Shown piece by piece: positions 13,035 through 26,408 of a DNA stretch of 64,000 nucleotides; position 1 is the first letter of the stretch, and every line of letters starts with the position of its first letter. Location of the stretch: NCBI RefSeq assembly GCF_006345805.1, contig NC_043002.1:27342001-27406000 (forward strand). Reading direction: 5' to 3'. The notes under the pieces are model-generated. The model was not told the DNA's origin. It ran no database searches and worked only from the letters and a program-made list of their open reading frames with translations. The translations under genes were made by a program, and so were the position numbers. Source of the DNA: Octopus sinensis (lineage: Eukaryota).

Positions 13035-13583
13035 GAGTGAGAGAGCAGTGCATGCCATCAAAGTGACACTGGGGTAAAATATACGAAGCCCAATATACCC
13101 ATCATGACTACCCGTCTGATAAAGGTACACCAGGCACATGCATCACAACCATATGTGCGCGACATAGTGATCTCATATCAAGATAAACAGCACATGACCT
13201 TGCAGGTGGGGCCCAGTTAGAATTTTCTTCAGGTTCAGTAGCCCATCCCGCTCAAAAGGTCCCTGAATAAGGGTTGTTTAAGGATGTTGAAAGAACCACC
13301 CATGTTTCCAGATGTGAATTATTCAAACCCCAAAGAATCCCTCTCAACACATGGCTATGATGCTCCCCCACTACTTCTGCTCGTGATCAGAGATGCACAT
13401 ATCGTCAGCCACTAAGGGACATGCTCAACTGGTTACGGTCAAACAACTGACAAGCAAATCTGTGGTATTGAGCAGAATATTTGCTGTAGCCCATCTTTTA
13501 TACCAAGACAAAACAATGTACATGATAACACTTCCAATCAGTTAAGATCAGAAGCCATGAGAGCCACTGCCTGGTACTGCATC
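13035..13583 (-). mobile_element. ~540-bp non-coding AAT-tailed interspersed element (copy 1)
   Basis: Homologous along its length to 52242-52773. On minus it ends in ctctcactc(AAT)n and is preceded by ataataata. Confidence 0.85.
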
Positions 13584-13594
13584 TATTATTATAA

Positions 13595-14072
13595 GGCGGG
13601 CGAGCTGGCAGAATTTTGTTAGTACGCCGGGCAAAACGATTAGCGTTATTACTCCTTTCTTACGTTCTCAATTCATATTCCGCCGTGGTCGACTTTGACT
13701 TTCATCCTTTCGGGGTCGATAAATGAAATACCCCTGAAACTCCGGAATCGATGTAATCGACTTGTCCTTTCCCCAAAATATTTCAGGCCCTGTGGCCTTA
13801 GTAGAAGGGGTTATTATTATTATTATCAGCAGTAGCATCGTCTGTATTATCATTAGAAAGGCGGTGAGTTTTCAGAATTCTTACGACGCTCGACGAAATG
13901 TTTAGCAGCATTTTTTCTATCTGTATTTTTTTAGTTCAAATTTCGCCCGAAGTCAGCTTTACCTTTCGTCCTTTAAGAGATGATTACATAAGTGCTAGTT
14001 GAGCAATGGGTTCGATGTAATCGACTGTTCCCCTTCCCCAAAGTTTCAGATCCTATGCTTATATTAGAAGGC

Positions 14073-14075
<3 letters not shown>
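13595..14075 (+). mobile_element. Two tandem SINE family 1 short-tail copies (13595-13810 and 13858-14075)
   Basis: Each has the ggcg..gagctggcagaat head, a gtcgactttg..ttcatcctttcggggtcgat-like core and an (ATT)n tail. Confidence 0.85.
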
Positions 14076-14105
<30 letters not shown>

Positions 14106-14427
14106 GAGGGCGCGTGGCTTAGTAGTTAGGGCATTCGGCTCATGATCGTAAGGTTGTGAGTTCGATTCCCGGCGACGCGTTGTGTCCTTGAGCAAGACAC
14201 TTTATTTCACGTTGCTCCAGTCCACTCAGCTGGCAAAAATGAGTTGTACTTGTATTTCAAAGGGTCAGCCTTGTCACTCTCTGTGTCACGCTGATTATCC
14301 TCGAGAACTACGTTAAGGGTACACGTGTCTGTGGAATGCTCAGCCATTTGCACGTTAATTTCACGAGCAAGCTGTTCCGTTGATCGTATCAGCTGGGACC
14401 CTCGTCGTCGTAACCGGCGGAGTCTTT
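14106..14427 (+). mobile_element. tRNA-headed SINE family 2
   Basis: The head gggcgcgtggcttagtagttagg..gagttcgattccc carries A/B boxes. The core is gttgtgtccttgagcaagacac. It is homologous to 34166-34424 and is flanked by (ATT)n. Confidence 0.9.
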
Positions 14428-14429
14428 AA

Positions 14430-14595
<166 letters not shown>

Positions 14596-15114
14596 ACTGA
14601 TGAAAGAGAACTGGTACACGCAATCGTATTGAAGCGAAGACTTACAAGAAAAAACCTATATTCAATTTTGGGTTCCATGAGTTAAAAGTTTCTGCCACAG
14701 ATATATGCTTCTGGGTTCGATGACACAGCTTGGATAATAAAGTTATTTATTCTCTCTCTCTTTTCTATCTCTATCTTTCTCGTCCCCTCACATTCTCTCT
14801 CTCTTCTATCTCCCTCTCTCTTCCTTTCTCTCACTCTGTTTCTCTTTCTCTCGCACACTCTCTCACATACACACACCACACAAACACGCACGTACACATC
14901 TCGGTTTAAAGGTTTCCCATAGATCGTGATCATTCGCTTGTTAGCATCCAGCATGCAATTGGCTACTATAGAACGCTCAAATAAATATTAATAAATCGAC
15001 AAATTTATTCATCAAAGTATTAAATTCATTTCGAAACAATTTTGACAAGATGACTAGCGCTACACAACTCGAATCCTTACAGCATCATACATCACATATG
15101 ACACAAGGCAGATA

Positions 15115-15997
15115 TACGAGGTCGGATCAATAAGTATCCAGGCTCTTGCTATAGTAACGAAGCTAAAGCGTGTAGAGTAAAGCCAGTTGGCACTGATTGA
15201 TCTTGACCTTTGTCGTGCATGGGTCCTACGTTTTACCGTTGTGGCTCACTTCTGCTGTTTACAGTAGCGCGTCGAAATATCGTGTGTAACGTGTGATCGT
15301 CGCATTGGCCATGACAGAGAAAGTTGTCATAGCGATACCTGCTCAGAGGCCTACGCAAAGTTGCAGAAAGTATATGGTCAGGAGTGTACGAGTCGCACAG
15401 AAGTGTACGAGTGGTTCAGACGTTTCGAACATGACCGAAAAGAACGTCAATAGTGACGAACGTTCCGGAAGATTCGCAACCAGCAGAAGTGAGAAAAACA
15501 TCGCAGAGGTGCTTTCAGTTGTGAAGGGAAATCGTCAAATCACCATCCGTGAGTTATCAGATAATGTGCAGACTAGTTACGGTTCAGTTCAGTCCATTAT
15601 CACTGAAGATTTGCGTATCAGAGGCGTGTCTACCAAGTTCGTGCCATAACTGCTTTCAGCTGACCAAAAGGACATTCGGGTTTCAGTTGCACAAAATCTC
15701 CTTGATTGTGTCGAGAACGATGAAAAAGTTTGAAAACTTTGCGTAGGCCTCTGAGCAGGTATCGCCAAACTTTTGGAAAAATCTTATAAAGATTCTCTGC
15801 TCAATAACTGTCATAGTCAATGACACACTACGCACCTTCCTTACAAGCACTGTTGTAAACAGCAGAAGTGAGCTACAACTCAGTGCGCATGCACAGCAGA
15901 CTTCAAGGTGAATCTTTGCCTAGCCGCTTTACTCCCTGTACCTTAGCTTCGTTACAATAACAACAGTCCAGATACTTATTGATCAGATCACTATGTA
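15115..15997 (+). mobile_element. Mariner-derived fold-back non-autonomous element (about 250-bp inverted ends)
   Basis: Ends are TA-flanked (ta-cgaggtcggatcaataagtatc ... gatacttattgatcagatcactatg-ta). The interior encodes a mariner N-terminal HTH (EAYAKLQKVYG..VYEWFRRF; DERSGR..ITIRELS..KFVP). 15734-15997 is an inverted copy of the 5' end. No DDD domain is present. Confidence 0.9.
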
Positions 15998-18900
15998 AGT
16001 GTATGTGTGTGTGTGTGTGTTTGTGCGTGTTTGTGTATGTAGCAAAGTTATAAAGGACCACACAATTCATTGCGACAGGTGCTTCAGAATATCGATTATA
16101 TGTATATTATGATGTAATATACATGTTATCGAATGAGAGAAACGTTATATACATACTTAAATAAAAACATACATACATACATATATACATATATATATAT
16201 ATGCATACATACATATAGTGTGTATATATACTCGAAACGTCATACCCTCCTTCTTCCCATTTTCCTGAGCGCCTAATAATAATACTTAAATTGTTCCACC
16301 TCCTTGTGTTGTTGTTTTTTTCTGTTTTCTCGTTTGGATTAACCTTATATATATATATATATATATATACACGTGTGTGTATAGTATACAATGAGCTATG
16401 TTATTTAGTACGTCATTCGTGTGTATAAGATGGTAGAATGTGATTTAAGACATATTCAGTTGTTATTTCTGCAGGTCCTACTAGAGTGTTGAGTTTCCAC
16501 AATAAATAAATGACTCTCTCCAGACTATCATGAACTTGTAAAATATAAATCTCTTGTATATATTCTCCAATCAAAATTTCTAGAGCCAGAGGTTGTATGA
16601 TTCAAAAATGTCACGCATGTATTCTGTCATCTTAAAGCATATCCAATTAAAATTATTGTTTTTGCATATAAAATGTTATCACATTGCAACATCTTCGAGC
16701 CACCAGCTTATCGTTGTTCATTATTTCTCGTTGTGGAAACTGAACTCGAAGGGGAAATTGTAAAGAAGAAGGCTATTTGACGATATTCGTTCGGTTATAA
16801 TGTTTTATTATGCTTCACGCCACTCTAATTTGCAACAGAACTGTTTCTATACAAGATATGATGAGTAACATTTTAAGTCTTTCATGGACTACAATAATTC
16901 GGTTCAAAATAAAGGCTAACACCAATAGAAATTGTCCTTTTCAAGCATCTATTCAACTTCATATAGTTCAATATATAACTTTTGTAATATGTATTCCCAG
17001 TTATATTACAACTGTCAAGCAGTTCTTCTGAGAAGCATTTCACCGGCGCCTAGGTGTGGACTTCTTTCGAATGAATTTTTAATAATACCTCTGCTTTCAT
17101 TTTCGTATTAACATGAACGAATATTTTCGGCTAAGAGGTGACAATATCTAAAATTTCCCGACAGCTCTGTGAATATACATATATATAAAGAAAAGTATAT
17201 GACAAAAGATTAAAGACAGAGGGTATTAACTAATGCAAAAAGCTGTTGATAGAAAGTCGGCCGTCAGAATTAGAAGGTGAAATTTGGGAGAAGGAAAATC
17301 ATGAAATATTATCTGAAATATTTCCCATTGCAAAGAGATAAGGGTGAACATATTTATAGAGTTATAAGTATAAACTAACATGAGAACATTCATACTCTTT
17401 TCTGCAATGCATATATTTTAAGATAATTTATCCTCATTTTCGAAGAAACAATTTCCTCAAACATCAAGAAATTCATCTCCCACCAGCATAGGAATTATCC
17501 AGTTTCAAAAACTTCAATAATAAATGCTTGCGATGAAGAGCCTAAATAGTTTCTTCGACCTGTATATGTTAATAGTATCATTATGTATGTATCTATCATA
17601 ATTTGAACAGATGACCTATCATTATTCAACTCCCTTTCATTATCAACCCTAAATAAGATTTACGATATCGTTTAACATGCAGGGTTTCTCTCGAGAAGTA
17701 TGTCATTATTGAAACTGGTTGGGTGGATGTGTGCCTAAACATACTGTTTGAATACATGCTTGTTGGGTATTTTGTTCCCTCTTTCAGTTTAAATGAAACC
17801 TTTTACACGGCAAGTAATTCTCCAGTATCAACAAAGTTGAACGAAATAATTTATTCCTTACGCAGAATTCTAAAGCTTGGGTGTAGAATAGAAAGCGCCG
17901 TTCAAGATGTATATTACTGCACGAATTTCACGTAAACCATAGAGCAAATATCAAAACATTATAATAAAGAAATACTTGACACCGACGATTGTGAAGTAAC
18001 CCAGCTAGAAGCTAAGAAAACAAGGGCTAAGATATAAAACAAATTTACAGAATAATAGGTGGTTAAATAGAAGAACAAAATCGATCATGCAGTTTCTGAA
18101 TCACAGAGGATTTCCAAAACAGTTTAAATAGACATAGATGACGTACATGCATATATTGCACTGAAATACGATTTGCAGACATCATATTTACGGAGTCGGG
18201 ACTTCAACGCCAACACGGAACCTGTATTCTACCATTGAGTTATGGTGACAAATACTTTTAGAAATCAAATTTGATAACATTATCTCTCCCGGAAATTGAT
18301 ATGTATTTATATCTGTGTATGTGTGTGTGTGTGTGTGTTTGTGTGTTTGCGTACCGGCGTTTGTTTTTAAGGTTACGATATTACCAAAAGAACCAGAAAA
18401 GAAAATCAAATGCGTCAGCTTGAAACAGCTGTTCCTGCACGAGTCGTTCACAAATGTCTTCATACAGAACATGAAGATAATCGTGTTCTTCAAGTATTCA
18501 TTTCATATTTCGTAAAATATTAAGCAGTGGATATTTCTCAAGAAAACCAGTTTCACTTTCACAGCTGATGATCTAAAACGAGTCACTCTGTGTACTGGAA
18601 ATCGGAGTCTTTCAGTTATGATAAAAAATATTCAATATGTGCATTCAGTTCTGTAATATATCGCTTCTAGTGAATCACGATATATATACACACACATATA
18701 TATATATATACATATTTATATCATTCAAGTTTGTTTACGGGAAACATTTTGATTATCCATATAAAACTCCTATATTTTATTATTATGCGGGCTACAGCAT
18801 AATAATGACAACTGATGATACAACTGATGAGTTTTGGGGGTTTACACCGAGATGTGCAGATATAATGTAAGGAAAATAAAGTAATTATATGACCTACCCG

Positions 18901-19034
18901 TTGTCCATGAGAAATATGGACTACATTGCAATCATCCCAGGAATACGGACTGTGATCTTAAGAAAAACCTGTAGAAGCGCGCGTAACGATGCATTAAGTT
19001 TTTTATAAACTTGATTCAAGCATTATCATTGCTG

Positions 19035-19035
19035 C

Positions 19036-19070
<35 letters not shown>

Positions 19071-19110
19071 ATTATTGTTATTGTTGTTGTTGCTGTTGCT
19101 GTTGTTGTTG

Positions 19111-19160
<50 letters not shown>

Positions 19161-19441
19161 GTTGTTGTTGTTGTTGTTGTTGATATTATTATTATTATCA
19201 TTATTATTATTAGTTTTATTATTATTATATGGTTCAAATGTACTGAAAAAAAAGATAAAGACACGTAAGAAAACAGCAAGCAGTTGTATGAGTTTTATGT
19301 TTGTGAAGATTGGAAAAGACTTTGACGTTTCGAGCCTGTGCACTTCGACAGAGAGGAAATAGCGGAAAGGGAAAGAAAAATCGGAAAAAGCAAAATGTGT
19401 AGAGATTAACGATTTAACCAAGAAGAAAGAGACTGAGTGAA

Positions 19442-19493
<52 letters not shown>

Positions 19494-19494
19494 C

Positions 19495-19577
<83 letters not shown>
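19035..19577. repeat. Microsatellite cluster: (ATT/GTT)n 19035-19230, (TA)n 19444-19492, (GATA)n 19498-19577
   Basis: Directly visible. Confidence 0.95.
19255..19400 (-). mobile_element. Short Penelope-LTR-like repeat with a degenerate hammerhead-like core
   Basis: Minus strand at 19323-19351 reads ctgtcgaagtgcacaggctcgaaacgtca, similar to the core at 35021-35048. Confidence 0.45.
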
Positions 19578-19584
19578 TTATTCA

Positions 19585-19750
19585 TACGACGGACTTTTTT
19601 TCCAATTTCCGTCTACAAAATTCACGCAGAAGGCTTTGCTTGGCCAGGAGCTATAATAAAAGACATTTGCCTAAAGTGCCACGCAGTGGGACCTAACCCG
19701 GAACCATGTGACTGTGAGGCAAGCTTCTTAGTATACAGCCACCCCTGCAC
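19585..19750 (-). mobile_element. SINE family 3, partial diverged copy
   Basis: The reverse complement matches the 5' half of 33725-34136 (ggttccgggttaggtcccactgcgtggcactttaggcaaatgtc). Confidence 0.75.
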
Positions 19751-21721
19751 CGATATGTGTGTGTGTGTGTGTGTGTGTGTGTTTGTGTAGATGTCAGTAT
19801 GTGCGTCTCTGTGTGAAATGTTTCAATACTTTTATTCTTAAAAGAATGAATGGTTTAACTGATATAATTGGAATTATCTGCTCTAGTTTTTGTCTTTAAA
19901 CTTCAACTCTTTCGTAGGAGACAAGTTTGTTTTCTAATTCCAAAGACAATCTCAGTTAACTAAGGTTTTTAATTCTCACTATTAGACCAGGAAACATATA
20001 TATATACATACGCAAGGATTATAGATATGCGCGTGCGCATGTGTGTGTGAAAGATAAACTGGGGTGTAGCTTGACAAGGATGTAGCTGTATTTCTAACAG
20101 AGCATTTGACGATATAGAGGCTGACACGCATTTTCCCTTATATGTAATGACAGTGACTTATTTTCCTATCTATAAATCAATATGCAGCTACACGCTAATG
20201 TATTCTCACAGTTGAAACCATACTACTAATATTTGCGGTAAAGCATCTTCAGAATGCAGGGATTTATTAACCTATAGACATATTCAAGAAAGTGAGAAGC
20301 CATGGTAACGCGATATTCGTAAAAAAGATTTCTGTCACAATGGGCTTTATTTTAAAGACTAAATTTTTTCTACGGATACAAATAATACCATACGATGCAT
20401 CATATGTGCTAAAAAAAAGAAGCTTCTCCTGATTGCAATTCTCTATAAATAAGATTCGACCGTTTCATTGGCTGAATTACCTGCTCCAATATTAACGTGT
20501 GTTGTCTATTCTACATATATGTGAAACTTCAACGTAATTTTTAGCCAGAATCAGGGTGAGATGGCAAGACAAGACTGTGACTTTGAATAACGGGTACAAT
20601 CATACTAACCGACTTCTATACAGTTTCCATCCCTTTGGTTTCACTTTGGATTGACCCAAGGCTATGAGAAATTACATTGGCACAGGATGTCACGTAGTGC
20701 TTTCAAACATGGTTATACTGAGCCGACACAAAGAATTATATATAATATAATATGACATGATATAAGATAAGATGAAAATGGGTATGCCTGACGCCCTTAA
20801 ATGCAGTTGTAAACTATATTGCTATCCAGTAACTGAAAAAAGTATCAGTACAATATAAATAGATATTTCTTTTCAAATAACTTTTTTGTGAAAAGCTAAT
20901 TTTTTTTCCAATATTATGTATTAAAGTAAATAAAAACATAAATAGGGAATATCTGCTATTGCTTTGCTCTTTTTAAAGCAATCATAAACAAAAATATAAA
21001 TCTCTCCCGAGGCAAATTTTCCGCTTGACAATTGAATGTATCTTTAATGTGTTAGGTGTACCTCATTTCAAATCCTTTCGGCGGTTTATGGATGATCGGT
21101 GCACAACTCATAATGTTGAGACAGAATTCCTTTAGTGGAGAATCAAATTACTGTTGCTACAAATTGCCTGTTAAAAAAATTATTATTTACAGAAACTTTT
21201 CATTTTTGCGTGTTATCTGGGAAGTGATACTGAACAGACAAGAACACCGCGAAAAGCTGGCCTTTTAAAGACTCAAAACTATGAGCATCATTAATACCCT
21301 GTTCCAATCTACCTGTATTATCAGGTGTAAGTTCTCCAATAAAACTGAGCATTACTGTTGAAGCTACACCATATGCTAGTGCCGTATGAAATTATATGGT
21401 TTTTTGATAAGTGAAAGTCCTTATATTGGTATAACCGGCGATACTTCCCACTGGAATATTAGGGGTTTTATTTAACTGTTCTTATTAGATGAGGGTTTCT
21501 CTGCCAATTTATAGTATTCAAACACCAATACCACCGATACAACTGTGTTAGTACACACATGGAAATTCGAAGGGATAAGCAGACAAGCCTTCATGAATAC
21601 CTGAGACATGGAGTGGGTAGCCTCACTTGTATCACAGCAGCGCAATCAGTTTTCGAGTACTTTGAGGAATAGAAACAACCAAACGACTGGTCAGCAGGAA
21701 AAAATATCCCAAAACATTTGT

Positions 21722-22091
<370 letters not shown>

Positions 22092-22766
22092 TGTTGAAGA
22101 TATATGATTGTGTGATTAACTGATATACATACATGTGTATGTATAACGCGTGATTATTAATGTGTGCGTCTGTATGTCCTTGAATTGATTTAGACTTTAG
22201 AACGTGCACATCTGTTTGTCTGTGTGTCTGTCTAAACTGTTAAAATCTGTCAATACCGCGAAACTCAAAAGTAAATTTCCCAACTTAAAACCTTATTATC
22301 CCACCTGAGAAATCTTCTATGCACTGTGCGTTGCATTAGGTGTTATTGCATCGTTCCATGCCCAAAAGAGAGCTGTGCATCTTGAAGATGAAAGAATCTT
22401 TAGTTGGAACATTTTGTCTTCTCTTTTTACCGTTAATATATATATATATATACCCAACGTCCATCCTGGAATCCCTAGTCTTATATGAACGATGTTTGCT
22501 AAGTAGCGCCCGTGATGCCTGGTAGCTATAAGTGGTGAATGTGCTCCTCAGACACAAGGTCTGGTTTTGATACTGTGTTTAACACGTATTTTGCTAACCA
22601 TATATCTAAATTATATAAACACACATACATACTCACACGCATATATATATATATATATATATAAATACAAAATGAGACAACAACACAAAATATCCATATA
22701 TATATATACATGCATGCATACATACATACATAAATACATACATACATACATACATACATACATACA

Positions 22767-22799
<33 letters not shown>

Positions 22800-22804
22800 G
22801 CACG

Positions 22805-23100
22805 TATGGTGAGGTTGTGAGCGAATAAGTTCGCTTTACAGCCACATGACTCAAGGTTTGGTTCCCCTACATGGTGCCTTAGGCAAGTATCTTCTACCAA
22901 ACCCTAGACACACTAATGCCTTAAAAGTGGATTTGTTGGAGGAAACTAAGCAAAACTCGTCGTATATATGTACTTAGCAATGTGTATGTGTCTGTGAATT
23001 TCGCCATTACCGTTTGACAACCGATGCTTAAAAAACTATACCATAGCGTTTTGGCAAAACGGTCTGATAAATTAAATATCAGGATTTCAAAATAAGTACT
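22805..23100 (+). mobile_element. SINE family 3, diverged copy
   Basis: Similar to 33725-34136 (catggtgccttaggcaagtatcttct..gtggatttg..tgacaaccgatgc). Confidence 0.65.
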
Positions 23101-23880
23101 ACAGACGATTCAATCGACTAAACGTTTTACAGGCCGAAGATTCACCTCGGCCGCACTCTGATGGTTGAAACAGGCAAATGGTAAAAGAGGTTCCTCTCCA
23201 CATACACAACACTGACCATGCTCTCCGTCTCTTCAACTTTTTCTCCTTCCCTCTCGGCCCCTCTAAACGTCTCTTCACTGTTGATATCAAGAGTCTATAT
23301 ACGATGATCTTGCACTCAAACACTTCCAACACCTTCAACCCAACCCCCAACTTGACACCTCCAGACAACTTCGTCTGGCCGAATACATTCTCGCTGAAAC
23401 AAAAACGTACAAAGAAACCCCCAACCCACCTGTCACAAATTACCGAAGAACACACACGGTACTTGCCGTTACGTAAGTGAGGGATAAGAATTTAAATTCA
23501 AAGACGGCCAAACCTTTAAATTTAAATCTAATCTCATCTGCAACACGGAATACTTGATTAACGTAATCACATGCAATTAGTGTCAATATAATTACATAGG
23601 ACAGGTGGGCGGATCGTCACGCAACAGAATGACGACACATCACCAACAGATCCTAGACAAAAACACGAGGAAAATTCCTTTACGGTAGGCAGGAATGGAC
23701 TCAAGCAATTTCAAAATATTTCCCCTCTACAAGTGCTCAGGTGCTTTCAATCAACAACATAAACTAAATAACAAAAGGCAATTTATTAGTAAATATCAAC
23801 CACTATTAAATATAGACCTAACCACTACCAACCAATAAATAAGAACGGACACTTAAAAACAATTTTATATATATTATAGT
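23100..23880 (+). mobile_element. Penelope-like retroelement relic (RT fragment + GIY-YIG endonuclease)
   Basis: ORF 23178-23480 contains HNTDHALRLFNFF..GPSKRLFTVDIKSLYTMI. About 23510-23730 translates to SNLICNTEYLINVITCN*CQYNYIGQVGGSSRNRMTTHHQQI, the GIY-YIG pattern. Most of the RT is deleted. Confidence 0.8.
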
Positions 23881-23939
23881 TTTGAAAAATATTTCCCGTC
23901 AGTTCTTAAATCTTTTTTTCCTATATATATATATAAGTC

Positions 23940-23979
23940 TACACACATACACAAACACACACACACACACACACACGCG

Positions 23980-24023
<44 letters not shown>

Positions 24024-24700
24024 TGCAAAAATGAAAACATCGCAAACACACACAAACACACAAAAGAAAACATCACAAAACACACAAACATACATACACA
24101 AACACACACATATACATAGACACACATACACACAGAAGAAACATCGCAAAAACATAGTCACACACATTTGCACACATATTCACAAACACACATACATAGA
24201 CACACAAAAGAAAACATCACGAGAAAACACACACATACACCTCTGCACACACATACACAAACACATACACATACTCACATCACAAAAAACATACACACAT
24301 AAACACAAACACACACACGCATAAATATAGGCACACACATTCACACACGTACACACAAAAGAGAACATCGCAAAACAACACCCTCACAGATACACAAACA
24401 CGCACATACACACACATACAGACAAACACACAAAAGAAAACGTCACAAAAATAACACGCACACAAACACACGAAAATCATCGCAAAGAACCTATGCGCAC
24501 ACACGTCTGCACACACAAAAAAGCACACACACATACATCCACAAAGAAGAAAACATCACAAAACGCACACACACACACACACACACAAACAGACCAACAC
24601 ATACACAGGCACAAATATAGACGCACACATACACACAATAAAAAAACATGACACACACACATACACAGAGGTGGAGACACTGAAAAGAAACCATCAAACC
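23940..24700. repeat. CA-rich compound minisatellite punctuated by aaaacatc(g/a)caaa
   Basis: The motif recurs about 8 times between CA-rich spacers. Confidence 0.8.
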
Positions 24701-25609
24701 CAAAGGAAAATTTTAATTCTTCCTTCAACATGACTTTCATAACAACATACACACCTATCAACACGCTGTTGGTCACATTCCAAACATATTGAAAGGACAT
24801 TCAACACGCACGTACAAACACACAAACACATATACACGCACACAAAAACACATTCACACAAACATAAAATCCTATTCAATAAATACTTTTAAGCCACTCC
24901 CTTGGCAGGAACCCAGTGATTTTTTAGACAATAAAAAACTACTACTCCTCTCTAACACCTTGAACTCTATACCAAACTATATTCAAAGAAGTGTTCAACG
25001 AAAATATCTCCGGACATATTTTTGACCCCCAGATAGATGATAAACTGGTTTCACTTCAATTTTTTATAAATATTTGCTAACATATGACAAGATGAGATTC
25101 ATCATCGAAACTGGTAATATTCTATATATTATTTATATAACTTTTAAAACATTTTATTAAATTCTTTCTAACCCAAACTGTCTTCGATTTACTTCTCCGC
25201 TATTTCTACCCCCATCTTTTTATATATAAAAATTTAATTTGTGACGTTTACAAATGTCACTAAATACCACCACGGTGTTAGAAAACAGCTACATAGCTAG
25301 AAATAAGAGCTAAACCGCTCTAATGCCGAAGTTGACGCAAATGAAGGAAAACTTGTACACTAACGGGTACCATAATGGTCCAAAAAGTGCCAATCGAGAA
25401 TTCTAAAATATTGACGTGTAACTTTCGGCAATTTCCTTTGCCCTTTTCCATTAGTATTTATGTTTTCCTCATGCAAATAATTGGATGATTTTGCCATTTC
25501 CTAATCTGTATATATAATTCCCCTTTTCGGTGCAACATTGCAAACTGTACTTCTAATTCTTTCTTGATTGAGACATATATTTTTTTTCTTTTTCAAAGTT
25601 GGTTAAAAT

Positions 25610-25984
25610 TGCCTTTAGCAAGTCACCTTCCTATTGTCACGAACGAATTATCAATGTCATTCTCCGTCATTTCGATACCATCCGACAACTGCCCATGTCT
25701 AAAGGTTTGTGTACCTTGCAAAATGGTCAACGAAACAGATTTGGCCGCCGTTTTTCCAAACAGGAAACAGAATTTCATGAAAGCATGCTGTTCCTTCGTT
25801 TCAGCCATTGCAAAAATCGATCAGCAGAGGGCATGCACTGCAAAACAAAGGCACACCACGTGGCAGTGCGACCAAACCCGACAACGCCAGCCGGCAGACT
25901 GATGCTTCTAGTGGCGGAAGCAGTAACTACAAAAGATTCATCCCACTGAGAACGTTTCCGGTTATTTTTGGGTACACCCTTGTA
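25610..25984 (-). mobile_element. Mariner 5' fragment
   Basis: The TIR-like end is ta-caagggtgtacccaaaaataaccggaa. ORF 25623-25808 (MAETKEQHAFMKFCFLFGKTAAKS) matches the mariner N-terminus. Confidence 0.8.
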
Positions 25985-25988
25985 TATA

Positions 25989-26355
25989 TCTCTCTATATA
26001 TAAACGGCAAAATACGTCTGTGTGTGTGTATCCTTTATACAAATACACAATTTTTCAGTTAGAGGGCTCGCACTTTTTATGGTCATTCAAAACCATCCAA
26101 GGGTGGTCGTGCACATCTTTACATTTCCCCAGTCACCCCGAAAAGCCATTAAAAAATCAATAGAAGTGACTTTTTTGTGAATTTTCTATCCAAAACCCAA
26201 TCAAAATGACTGAAACCTGATACGCCAATTGAATGCCAACTAGCTGTATGTGATTGGTCGGAGATTTGGACAGTAGTGGCGTGTATGTGCGCACGCACGC
26301 AGCTGTATATGCATGCACTAGCACTATGACTCAGCGTTGCCGGTTCATAGTGCTA

Positions 26356-26356
<1 letters not shown>
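25989..26356 (+). mobile_element. Complete non-autonomous Helitron-like element (368 bp)
   Basis: Starts A|TC-tctctatatataaac and ends with a hairpin and CTAG|T (26353-26356), so it lies between A and T with no TSD. Confidence 0.75.
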
Positions 26357-26394
<38 letters not shown>

Positions 26395-26408
26395 CATGTA
26401 TGTATATA

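Noticed and set aside
14106-14180. tRNA-like sequence (also at 33725, 34166, 48422 and the family-1 heads)
   Set aside because: A/B boxes are present but there is no closing acceptor stem, and each continues into a SINE body. These are SINE heads, not tRNA genes.
21050-21650. Possible integrase-like relic on minus (NRQFVATV..GI..HP..ER)
   Set aside because: The resemblance is too loose, with several stops, and there are no LTRs or TIRs. It needs a profile search.
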